A stretch of DNA of 38,836 nt from a virus (lineage: Duplodnaviria; Caudoviricetes), in the IMG/VR virus record IMGVR_UViG_3300033994_001125, positions 1 to 38,836 of that record; one strand, 5' to 3'. The notes under the pieces were generated by a model. The model had not been told where the DNA came from. It did not search any database and saw only the letters and a list, made by a program, of their open reading frames with translations. The position numbers and the translations under genes are program-made. Below are positions 1-9,180 of this stretch, piece after piece. Each line of letters opens with the position of its first letter. The stretch's first letter is position 1.

Positions 1-2
1 AA

Positions 3-956
3 CGGATATTGTTCTTGTCTTCTTATCGCCTCTACTATATTTCCCAATTCTAATGAATCTTCCGTTTTATAGTATACATCTTGAATAGTTTTTTTAGAGA
101 ATAAACTATTGTTAGATGAAGATACAAATGATTGCGATGTTGGTAAATTTATCCAAAAACTAAATGCAAAATTTTTCGATTTATTAAAATTAAACAACTC
201 ACTATTTCTAACAGATAAGTAAGAACCATCAAAACCTGCACAAACACCAGATGATTGACTTGTATCGGTAGTTGGTATTCCAGGATAGTAAGTTATCTTC
301 TTATGATTCTTTATATCAACTAAATTCTTATATGCAGATGTATCTAACACATAGTTTAATTTTTTATTTCTATAATTGTATTCTCTATACTTTTCGTTAA
401 ATCCCAAATACATCATTAAGTAACCATCACCAACAAATTTACTTTCATCGAATGAGGTATCTATCAAATTACCATAACCATCATCCTTCATGGTGTAATT
501 GTAGGATGCAGTTGGACTAACATTGTTTATTTCAAATGTTTTTTTACGAATACCCTCACCAAATAAATTCATTGGTATAACAAACATAGAACTTGATTGC
601 CAAAGATATGTTACATTACTATCATCGGTAATAGTTCCTGGTATTTTTTCTTTGTTGTATTCTGTGTAATAGTTGTGGTCTAAATAGTACCACAAAAGTT
701 TTGGATCTAAACTTTGTGTTGTAAATACTCTTTCATATAAAGATGAAGATAGATTTGCAACATTTCCTATGTATTTATGATTTTCTGCATACAATGCACG
801 ATAAGTATTCAGTCCATAATTTTTGTAAAAAAAATAAACGGAAGAATCGGTTGTAAATTCCCAAAGTTTATTTGCTTCAAATGATTTAACTGTATATTCA
901 CCAGCCTTTAATCGTTTCCATGCAAGACTTATATTATTTCTGAATTGGAATGACAT
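3..956 (-). CDS. Virion structural protein with probable LamG/concanavalin-like domain (partial, runs off window start)
   Basis: Not in ORF track. ATG at 956, open to the window edge: MSFQFRNNISLAWKRLKAGEY...KDDGYGNLID...FDGSYLSV...NFAFSFWINLP. The FSFWI motif is typical of LamG-like domains. Abuts the stop of the upstream gene at 958. Confidence 0.7.
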   Translation of the reverse strand, partial: MSFQFRNNISLAWKRLKAGEYTVKSFEANKLWEFTTDSSVYFFYKNYGLNTYRALYAENHKYIGNVANLSSSLYERVFTTQSLDPKLLWYYLDHNYYTEYNKEKIPGTITDDSNVTYLWQSSSMFVIPMNLFGEGIRKKTFEINNVSPTASYNYTMKDDGYGNLIDTSFDESKFVGDGYLMMYLGFNEKYREYNYRNKKLNYVLDTSAYKNLVDIKNHKKITYYPGIPTTDTSQSSGVCAGFDGSYLSVRNSELFNFNKSKNFAFSFWINLPTSQSFVSSSNNSLFSKKTIQDVYYKTEDSLELGNIVEAIRRQEQYP

Positions 957-957
957 T

Positions 958-2241
958 TTAATTTAACCTCACTCTAACTTGAAAGATTACTTCATCGCCT
1001 GATGTTTTTAGTATAGGATTTTTTAATTTACCAACCGCAATAAGTTGTCTCTTTTTGTTGTATAACCCTATGGTCGTTATGTATGACTTTGGATTATCTA
1101 CCATAGAAATATACTTTAACTTACCGTAACTTCCAGATGTATATGTTATATTTGAACTATAATTGAAATTATTGGGTGAAACTCTACAAAAATATGTTTC
1201 ATAAACTTTTCGTTCAGTTGATCTACCAAACCAAGATCCAGTAGATGTTCTTAACGAATGTGTTGCATAAGTTAATGGGGAACATGAAGAACTTATTGAT
1301 AAAAATAAACGATAAGCATTGTAACTTTCAGTCGGAGCAGTTGATGTTTGTAATGAACAAGATTGATCCATAACAGCACCATCTAAAACAACAAGGCCTT
1401 TTTTTGGAAAAATTACTCCCCAAGCATCATCAGTATATTCACCATAAATTCCGTCTTGTAAAGATCCAGAAACCAAGTAATAGTAATCTTTTAGTTCTTC
1501 TGTTTGTTTTACACTTTCATTTATATCTTGACTTTCATCTATAAGTGTGTAATACTTTCCAAAATTTTGTATTTGTTCCGGTGTTAGTATAGTTCCACTT
1601 GATGTTAGAAAACTTGAATAAGGTGCAAGAGTCATTTGGAAGTTACCAGCATCTATTGCATCCTTGAATATATCTCTATCAAACTGTATAGTGTAGAAAT
1701 AATCACCGTTTTTATCATTTTTAAATTTGAATTTTCCATCTGTTGTATCGAAACATTCAAGCATATATTTTCTATACATAGATTTTGCAGGAAGAAATTG
1801 TGTTTTTCCTTCAATATATGATGAACCAGAACCACTTATATGTGCATAAGCTATATCAAATTGACGATATGAATTGTGAGAATCCTCTTCTTTATCGAAA
1901 ACCGGTAGGTAATAACTTTTATGTTGTATTTCTACTGAACCAGTGTGAAATGTTTTTAACTTTTCGCTCGTGTTACAACTAAACAACCCATTGGTTATAT
2001 GTTTACGGTATGGACCAATGTAATCTGTTTCTGTTTGTATTTTTTTGTAAATAAAACTTGGTAAATCTTCTAAACTCCAACCATCATTTATGAAAGTTAT
2101 CAATGGTCTTGGGGATTTTGGAGTAGTTTCGTTTACTATTATTATTTTATCAGTTGGCGGAAATTGTTCATCTATTTGAAACTGCACATATTGTTTTAGC
2201 AATTCCAATACAAACTTATTTATTTGTAAAGATCCTATCAT
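958..2241 (-). CDS. Baseplate/tail structural protein, paralog family member (427 aa)
   Basis: Shares AYAHISGSGS, LIDES, LVSGSL, WGVIFP..G.VVL and C-terminal YITTIGLYN..RQLIAVGKL..PI.K with three neighbouring genes. Confidence 0.7.
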   Translation of the reverse strand: MIGSLQINKFVLELLKQYVQFQIDEQFPPTDKIIIVNETTPKSPRPLITFINDGWSLEDLPSFIYKKIQTETDYIGPYRKHITNGLFSCNTSEKLKTFHTGSVEIQHKSYYLPVFDKEEDSHNSYRQFDIAYAHISGSGSSYIEGKTQFLPAKSMYRKYMLECFDTTDGKFKFKNDKNGDYFYTIQFDRDIFKDAIDAGNFQMTLAPYSSFLTSSGTILTPEQIQNFGKYYTLIDESQDINESVKQTEELKDYYYLVSGSLQDGIYGEYTDDAWGVIFPKKGLVVLDGAVMDQSCSLQTSTAPTESYNAYRLFLSISSSCSPLTYATHSLRTSTGSWFGRSTERKVYETYFCRVSPNNFNYSSNITYTSGSYGKLKYISMVDNPKSYITTIGLYNKKRQLIAVGKLKNPILKTSGDEVIFQVRVRLN

Positions 2242-2253
2242 TTAAAACCAACC

Positions 2254-2640
2254 TTAAATGTTATTAACAAAATTTTTATCAAAAAAACTATCTGGAACAT
2301 CCTTCAAAGTTCTTCTGATTTCAGCAACAATGTCCGTATTAGTTTTATCCAGTGATATTAACGCATCATCTAATGCCTTTAACAACAATTCACCATCTAT
2401 TTCACTTGCAACACGAAATTTATTATCTCGTATTGTGTCTAAGAATATCTGTGCAGAATTTGTCACTACTATCGAAAATATTGCATTCGTAACATTTGGA
2501 TCTGGATCATTTATTAGAAAAAAATCTTCTTCTGTCAATGTTCCAGGATCTAATGTTTGTTGTAAATATGCCGGAAATGTTGGAACTCTTGATACTACTT
2601 TTGTTGCTAGTGTTGATATTATCTGTTCTCTTGTATACAT
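2254..2640 (-). CDS. Hypothetical protein (128 aa)
   Basis: Fills the gap between co-oriented genes, 1 nt from the upstream stop. Confidence 0.7.
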   Translation of the reverse strand: MYTREQIISTLATKVVSRVPTFPAYLQQTLDPGTLTEEDFFLINDPDPNVTNAIFSIVVTNSAQIFLDTIRDNKFRVASEIDGELLLKALDDALISLDKTNTDIVAEIRRTLKDVPDSFFDKNFVNNI

Positions 2641-2641
2641 A

Positions 2642-5600
2642 TTACCAACTCAATCTTATTTTGATTAGAACATCATTTTGTGGTGATTTCTGTATTGGTT
2701 TACTTAACTTAGCAACAGCAAGTAATTCTTTTTTCTCGTTATACAAACCAACACTTGTTATGTAAGTAATTGGATTTTGTATAAAACACTCATATTTGAG
2801 ATAACCCTTTTTGTCTCCACTATCAATAACAAAAGTTGGATTTGTTGTATAGTTTGCCTCGGTAGTCGGAACACGAACAAAGTAATGATTTGTTGTTTTT
2901 CTTCTAACATTTCTGGCTTTCATAGGATAACCAAGAGCAGCCGCACCACTTATAGATGTATGTAACTTCCAAGCATTATCACCAGCAATATTACTGCCGC
3001 TAACACTATTGAAATTCAAATAATCATTCAATCGTGCACCATTCAGAACAATAACGCCTAAGTTTGGATATACTTTACCATAAACTTCATATTGAGATCC
3101 TGTTTGAGCAGGATATATTCCTTCCGAAAGACTACCACTTACTATCTCATAATAACTATATGGATCCTCAACACAGAACGATGTTTGGTTAGCATCGCCT
3201 GAATTATCTATCAATGAAAGTATTTTAGCACTTGTACCCGCAACTTTTACATTACTACCAGTATGAACATTATTTGCATAGTGACTACCACTTAATTGAG
3301 CAAGATTTATTTGGAAATTACCTAAATCAAGTTTATCGCTCAATCCATCTCTATAAAAGTTTATTACATAAATATCCTTTGGATTCCACAAAGAAGATGT
3401 TTCTTGTGCCTCTTGAATCAAAGGAACATTATAGAATGTAAAATACTTATCAGGCGCTTCAAGTGCCAGCAATCTATATTGTGAATATATTGCCCTTGCA
3501 GGACTATCAGCTGCATCATATCCAGATGCAAGTGAACCAGAACCTTCTTGATGTCCATAAGCAACTGCATAGTATGATTTTTTACCACAACCTTCACAAT
3601 CTGTTATATCATAATAATATGATTTAGATGCAGTTGGTTGAGTTGAACTTGTCAAATAACAATCTAATGATTGTGATGTATTGAATAAACCACGAATCAA
3701 ATCTGTTTTTACACCAGTTAATACATCTGCACCAAAAAGGAATGGGTGGTGTATTCTCACCGGTCTGTTTTCACAATCTTCCTTTGGTCTTGTTTCACCA
3801 ACACTCTGTCCTTCTGCAATTCCATAAGGATTTGGATTAGGAACTGGATAAAATTTCTTATTTAATTTTTTAGTAGCTGGAATTTCAGTTACTTTACCAG
3901 TAACAGGATTCTTATATGTTATCGATGGGTAATTTAGATAATGTGTTAATATCTGTATTTCAATACAACCACATGGATTCGTTGGATCAACTATCCACTC
4001 TTCTTCTTGACTTTCAGTTGCACAACCTACACGCTCTTCATCTAACTGAATTGAATCAAGCGAAGTAATTTGTCCTACGCCAAAATTATCAATATATGGG
4101 GCTTCAACTAAATTCCAATAATAAAATTGACCATAATTTGGCGAATTAGGATTTGTTTCTAATTGTATATTAGAACGAGAAGTTATTCCACCAAATTGTA
4201 TAGACCTTAGTATCAAATCTAAGGCATAAGGTCCTCTTAATTCTGCACGCTCTTGTTCGGATGCATTTGCGGGATATTCTAATTTATCACCATTGTTTAT
4301 ATTTTTGGTAGTTACCAAATCTTTTGCAATATAAATTATTCTCTTTCCGGCACATAATACATCGAAGAATATTTTCTTTCTTCTTTTTAAGAATGTTTTG
4401 AATACTGTTTCTGTTCCAGTAAAACATGGATCATTATCCAACGGAACTCTGTTTACATTTATAGGTCCAATATTTCTTGTTACAAAATTTGGACTATTTC
4501 TATTAAATTTAGCAGCACCAACCACCTCAATTACTTCACCATTTGATGTAGTATTTACAGTTGATGTTAAATTTAAAAATGTTTGAGATTGTTGATCAAA
4601 TGGATTCAAGTCATCTGCAATATCTTGCCAATCAACTCCATCCCTTAAACCCATTAGCCAGTTAAATGATGGAAATGTTTCTCCTGTATTTGGATTAACA
4701 AAGTTTTGATATGGTAGTTCACAGTCTGCAACAAAATTTCCATTGAAATCCACATTACCACATCCAGTCTGTCCACCACAACCAGCTTCAACAGCAGCAA
4801 TAAATCTTCCTTGTGGTAATTTACTTATATCAAATGGATAATTTGTTGTCTCAAATCCGTTAAATGCTGAAATATTGGTTATTAAATCAGCAGCACCTTT
4901 TATGTATTTTTTTTCTTGTGTCTGTTGATTATATGCACCGACTATTATCGCCTCTAATTTTCCAAGCCAATTACCATTAGTATTTGTTAATAAGATTGTT
5001 TCAGAAGTTGTATAGAATCCATTAGGACCCCTTTCTTGCAACAAACCATTAAGAGTAAAACCAACAGCACCAGGTTGAATTATATTAGCAGGTGGTTCTT
5101 GGCCGAAAGTAGGACATATTGAATTTATATCCTTTACAAGTGTTGCTTTCTTACCGACCTTTGAATTATATCCACTTTCAGCTTCTATTCTATCATTTAT
5201 ATGATCCAATAGATTTCTATTTACAACATTTCCATTTTCTAAAACAGGAATTTGTGAAAATCTTAAAATAGAGTTTACTTGTTCTACCATTCCTGGAACA
5301 TCATAGTAATATTTGTATATTAACTTATCATTTCCATTTGAACATTTTTCAACTTTATATGCAACTTCAGCAGTTGTTAATTTCTTCCAACCACCTGTTA
5401 CAGAGTATCTTTGATTCGCAGTTATGTATGGTGCAATGTTAGTATTACAACATCTATAAACATTTAACCACAATTCACATGGTGGTTCTATTAGATAATC
5501 CTTTCCCTTTACTTTTACTTGTATTTTATTACCAAGTGATTGATTTCCAGGAACAGATCTTTCTTGAACATCAAAATAAAAATAACATTCTGGTTGAAAT

Positions 5601-6226
5601 GTAAGTCCACCTACTCCAGAAGTAAAACCAGTTGGTAAAGTTCCTGTTAGTGAACTTGAACTAACACCACCTGCACCACCTTGACCACCACTCATTTGTG
5701 GAACAGCTGGAACTAATATAGATTGTTGAACAGTTTGTTGTCTTCCAACACTAACTAATGAACGAAGTCTTCTATAAATTATCGCAGAGTTTGTTGATGC
5801 AGATGACCAATTTCCTAAATTATTGGAAGAATCTATGGAACCATCGTTATCAGTATCGATATAGTTATACCAATTAGGATTTCTATTAGATATTAAATCA
5901 GCAGGTGTTCCACCTAAAATATTATTAAATTCTTCTATCCAATCAGAATATTGTTTTGTTGCACCACCATTTGTATCACGAAGATATTGTGCAAATATGT
6001 TGTATATTATTCTAAACTCATTTAAGGTATTTCTTTGTAGTTGAAGATTATCAGCAATAGTATCATTTCCACTTGATCTCCAATCTGCAATTTGAGCATC
6101 TAATGAATCTATCTCCGCATCGATAGCAGAAACTTGTAATTCTAATGTAGATAATTGTCTATTTTGAACAGCAGTATTTGCCGCATTCAATACGCTTAAA
6201 ATTATATCGCTAAATAAATCTTCCAT
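2642..6226 (-). CDS. Large structural protein: about 830-aa unique N-terminal region plus C-terminal paralog-family domain (1194 aa)
   Basis: C-terminus has YAVAYGHQEGSGS, LIDNSG, YGKVYPNLGVIVL, YITSVGLYNEKKELLAVAKLSKPIQK. Confidence 0.7.
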   Translation of the reverse strand: MEDLFSDIILSVLNAANTAVQNRQLSTLELQVSAIDAEIDSLDAQIADWRSSGNDTIADNLQLQRNTLNEFRIIYNIFAQYLRDTNGGATKQYSDWIEEFNNILGGTPADLISNRNPNWYNYIDTDNDGSIDSSNNLGNWSSASTNSAIIYRRLRSLVSVGRQQTVQQSILVPAVPQMSGGQGGAGGVSSSSLTGTLPTGFTSGVGGLTFQPECYFYFDVQERSVPGNQSLGNKIQVKVKGKDYLIEPPCELWLNVYRCCNTNIAPYITANQRYSVTGGWKKLTTAEVAYKVEKCSNGNDKLIYKYYYDVPGMVEQVNSILRFSQIPVLENGNVVNRNLLDHINDRIEAESGYNSKVGKKATLVKDINSICPTFGQEPPANIIQPGAVGFTLNGLLQERGPNGFYTTSETILLTNTNGNWLGKLEAIIVGAYNQQTQEKKYIKGAADLITNISAFNGFETTNYPFDISKLPQGRFIAAVEAGCGGQTGCGNVDFNGNFVADCELPYQNFVNPNTGETFPSFNWLMGLRDGVDWQDIADDLNPFDQQSQTFLNLTSTVNTTSNGEVIEVVGAAKFNRNSPNFVTRNIGPINVNRVPLDNDPCFTGTETVFKTFLKRRKKIFFDVLCAGKRIIYIAKDLVTTKNINNGDKLEYPANASEQERAELRGPYALDLILRSIQFGGITSRSNIQLETNPNSPNYGQFYYWNLVEAPYIDNFGVGQITSLDSIQLDEERVGCATESQEEEWIVDPTNPCGCIEIQILTHYLNYPSITYKNPVTGKVTEIPATKKLNKKFYPVPNPNPYGIAEGQSVGETRPKEDCENRPVRIHHPFLFGADVLTGVKTDLIRGLFNTSQSLDCYLTSSTQPTASKSYYYDITDCEGCGKKSYYAVAYGHQEGSGSLASGYDAADSPARAIYSQYRLLALEAPDKYFTFYNVPLIQEAQETSSLWNPKDIYVINFYRDGLSDKLDLGNFQINLAQLSGSHYANNVHTGSNVKVAGTSAKILSLIDNSGDANQTSFCVEDPYSYYEIVSGSLSEGIYPAQTGSQYEVYGKVYPNLGVIVLNGARLNDYLNFNSVSGSNIAGDNAWKLHTSISGAAALGYPMKARNVRRKTTNHYFVRVPTTEANYTTNPTFVIDSGDKKGYLKYECFIQNPITYITSVGLYNEKKELLAVAKLSKPIQKSPQNDVLIKIRLSW

Positions 6227-6234
6227 GTATTACC

Positions 6235-7287
6235 TTAATAATCGAGTTTAACTTTAATAACAACTTCTCTATCAAATGATTTTTCTATCGGCTGACTTAA
6301 TTTTGCAACAGCCAATAAGTTTTGAAAATCATCATATAAACCAACGGTAGTAACATACACCTTTGGATCATCATACATTCTTGTGTGTTTCAACTGATTT
6401 GATCCTGTAAAGAAACTTGGATTGTTTGTAAAGTTAAACTCATTATTAAGTAATCTTACAAAATAATAAGAAGATGCAACAACTTCACTTGTTGAACCTT
6501 GGAATGAATGAGATACTGGATTTAATGACATTGCACCACTTATCGATGTTACCAATTTGAATGCAGAATTGTCACCACTACCAGTTGCAGGACTACGCTT
6601 AGTTGCAAATGAAGCAGATGCATCTAATGCCCTACCATTCAGAACAATAACACCAAAATCAGGATAATATAATCCCCAAGGAGTAGTATCTGCTGTATAG
6701 ATTCCATTATTTATACTTCCACTTCTAATATAATACACTCTACCGCCTTGCGTTGCAAGTTCAGTAGTAGGTGCACCTGAATCGTCAATCAATGTAAATA
6801 CTTTATTTGAGGAGGATATTGCAACACCAGACGAAGACATTTCAGCTAATGTTAATTGCCATGTATTGGTGTTCATTCTATCTTTAAATCTTGCACGGTT
6901 TACATTTACTACATAGATGTATTCTGATGTTTCATCATTTGAAAACTTGAATAAATTTTGACCTGCATTCAAAAGTAATTGTTTATATTGTGCATATACT
7001 GCCTTTGTTGGATAATCATATATGTTCATACCAAATGAACCGGTAGAAGATCCACTACCAGCCGCATCACCATAAGCAATAGCAAACTGTGATTCTGCAC
7101 CTTGTAAATTTGATTGACTATTAAATATTTCATAATAGTATCTTTTTTCATTATCAGATTGTGCAGAACTAGAATGCATTTGAGATAGTGCCGCCTGTTG
7201 TTTTGACCATAACGGAGCAGTTATTACTTCTCTTTGTGAGGTTTGAACTGAATCTGATGTAAACTTTTTAAAAGAAAAAACACTCAT
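6235..7287 (-). CDS. Baseplate/tail structural protein, paralog family member (350 aa)
   Basis: FAIAYGDAAGSGS, LIDDSG, WGLYYPDFGVIVL, YVTTVGLYDDFQNLLAVAKLSQPIEK. Confidence 0.7.
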   Translation of the reverse strand: MSVFSFKKFTSDSVQTSQREVITAPLWSKQQAALSQMHSSSAQSDNEKRYYYEIFNSQSNLQGAESQFAIAYGDAAGSGSSTGSFGMNIYDYPTKAVYAQYKQLLLNAGQNLFKFSNDETSEYIYVVNVNRARFKDRMNTNTWQLTLAEMSSSGVAISSSNKVFTLIDDSGAPTTELATQGGRVYYIRSGSINNGIYTADTTPWGLYYPDFGVIVLNGRALDASASFATKRSPATGSGDNSAFKLVTSISGAMSLNPVSHSFQGSTSEVVASSYYFVRLLNNEFNFTNNPSFFTGSNQLKHTRMYDDPKVYVTTVGLYDDFQNLLAVAKLSQPIEKSFDREVVIKVKLDY

Positions 7288-7291
7288 AATT

Positions 7292-8410
7292 TTAATACTC
7301 TAGGGTTACACTAATTGTTAATTCACTATTTAAGGTTTTTTTGATTGGTTTACTTAACTTAGCAACCGCCATCAAATCTCCAGAACTGTTGTATAGTCCA
7401 ACAGATGTAATATAAACAACTGGTTGTGATTCCCAAGTTGTATTTATCACTCTTCCAGATATATCATTACCATTTGCATCGGATGTTCCCTTTGAATATG
7501 CCCATGTTGGATTATTTGATGCCATTGGACCATAAGGGACTCTTACGAAATAGAATGATTCATTCTTTATTGAAACAGACCTTGCAGTAAATCCTTTACT
7601 TGCAGTAGCGGCAGCACCACTAATAGCAGTAAATAATTTGAAAGCATTATCACCATCAATATTACTTCCAGTAACAGTATTAAATGATGCAGATAAATTT
7701 AATTTATCGGCTGATAATAGGATTGCACCCTGACTTGGGAATACGATACCGTAGCAATGTGGTGCACTTGGATTGTAGATACCACCTTCGAGTGTTCCAC
7801 TAACAACATATCTTGGTTTTGCAGATACCGTATCTAATTCCAATCTATTATTGCCGTCACCGGAATCATCTATCAATGATATTATAGTTGCACCTGGTTT
7901 TACTTTAACATTACTTCCAGTATGAACATTATTTACAACAGAACTACCACTCAATTCTGCGATGTTTATTTGGAAGTTGCCTGGATCGAGTTTATCACCA
8001 AATTTATTACGATTTATATTGATTACATAAAAATCTGTCATAGGAGTATTTGAACCAGATAATTTTAATCCCCCTTCGTCTCCATCCAAACACATCAATT
8101 TGTATTGTGAATATATTGAAGTTGAAGGTGTATCGCTTTTGTTGGCGTCACTTCCACCTGCCCATGTTGAACCTGAACCGCTTATATGTCCGTATGCAAC
8201 AGAAAACATTCTTTCATCATCACATGACAAAGAAGCGGATCCCCAAACTTCATAATAATAATCTTGTGATGAAGTTGTCTGTGTAGAACTTGTAAAAAAT
8301 GTCAGTAACTCGGAAGTTCCTGTGCCCCATAACGGAGTAATAAAAGATGATGATGCAATTATAGGTTGTATTCCAAGTGGTTCTATTGCACGAAAAATTC
8401 TGTCAGCCAT
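7292..8410 (-). CDS. Baseplate/tail structural protein, paralog family member (372 aa)
   Basis: FSVAYGHISGSGS, LIDDSG, YGIVFPSQGAILL, YITSVGLYNSSGDLMAVAKLSKPIKK. Confidence 0.7.
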   Translation of the reverse strand: MADRIFRAIEPLGIQPIIASSSFITPLWGTGTSELLTFFTSSTQTTSSQDYYYEVWGSASLSCDDERMFSVAYGHISGSGSTWAGGSDANKSDTPSTSIYSQYKLMCLDGDEGGLKLSGSNTPMTDFYVININRNKFGDKLDPGNFQINIAELSGSSVVNNVHTGSNVKVKPGATIISLIDDSGDGNNRLELDTVSAKPRYVVSGTLEGGIYNPSAPHCYGIVFPSQGAILLSADKLNLSASFNTVTGSNIDGDNAFKLFTAISGAAATASKGFTARSVSIKNESFYFVRVPYGPMASNNPTWAYSKGTSDANGNDISGRVINTTWESQPVVYITSVGLYNSSGDLMAVAKLSKPIKKTLNSELTISVTLEY

Positions 8411-8441
8411 TTTATATCCTATATTTTAATGCAAAAAAACA

Positions 8442-9122
8442 TTATCTAGTATATGTTACAGGAAGCACAAATCGTGAACCATATAACTCATTTGTAATAA
8501 TAACTTTTGTAGATTTAGATGATCCATTGATGATGTCTTGTATTGGTTTACCCAATAATGCAAGTCTAACAACATTTGTTTGAGCATCTACTGATGATAA
8601 TCCAGAAATAGTTTTTGAATTACCAGAAATACTTGTTCTAACACCTGAACCTGCACCAACTGGTTGTAAATCAATATAAGTAGTATCTAAAATTGTAGCA
8701 GAGTATGTTTGACTCTGTAATTGAGTACCACCAATTTGACCAGTATATTGAAGTGTTTCAAATTCAATAGTTGTTCCAGTTGTAGGTTGTGTTGTATAGT
8801 TTATTGTTATAGAAGTTCCACCTGGTTTAACAAAATTGATATAAGGGATTGCTACTGTACTCTTTTCGAGTGTAATCAATTTGTATTTCATTGATTGTGT
8901 TTCGTCAGGAATTGCCTCTGTAATTGGCATATTTTCTATAACTGAACCGAAATAGTCACTTCCCTCTGGATGTGAAGGATTCCATAAATCGTAATCAACT
9001 TCATCATCAGACAAAGCAAATTGTGTAATATTAAAATTACCACGGCCTTGTGCTAAAAGTTCTCGACCTTTTTTTGTAAGAATTGCGTCTACGGTAATAA
9101 CGCTGTTGTTTAAATAACCCAT
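8442..9122 (-). CDS. Virion structural protein, N-terminus resembling tail-fibre/baseplate attachment domain (226 aa)
   Basis: AILTKKGRELLA...NITQFALSD resembles the start of the P2 gpH/DUF3751 domain; AGGAG at 9129-9133. Confidence 0.6.
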   Translation of the reverse strand: MGYLNNSVITVDAILTKKGRELLAQGRGNFNITQFALSDDEVDYDLWNPSHPEGSDYFGSVIENMPITEAIPDETQSMKYKLITLEKSTVAIPYINFVKPGGTSITINYTTQPTTGTTIEFETLQYTGQIGGTQLQSQTYSATILDTTYIDLQPVGAGSGVRTSISGNSKTISGLSSVDAQTNVVRLALLGKPIQDIINGSSKSTKVIITNELYGSRFVLPVTYTR

Positions 9123-9155
9123 ATTATACTCCTATGAAAAAAATTATTTACTATA

Positions 9156-9163
9156 ATAAATAT
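9156..9163 (-). promoter_or_regulatory. Candidate late promoter ATATTTAT
   Basis: Same 8-mer recurs in several short intergenic gaps upstream of minus-strand genes. Confidence 0.5.
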
Positions 9164-9180
9164 ATCATTCCAATATTTTA

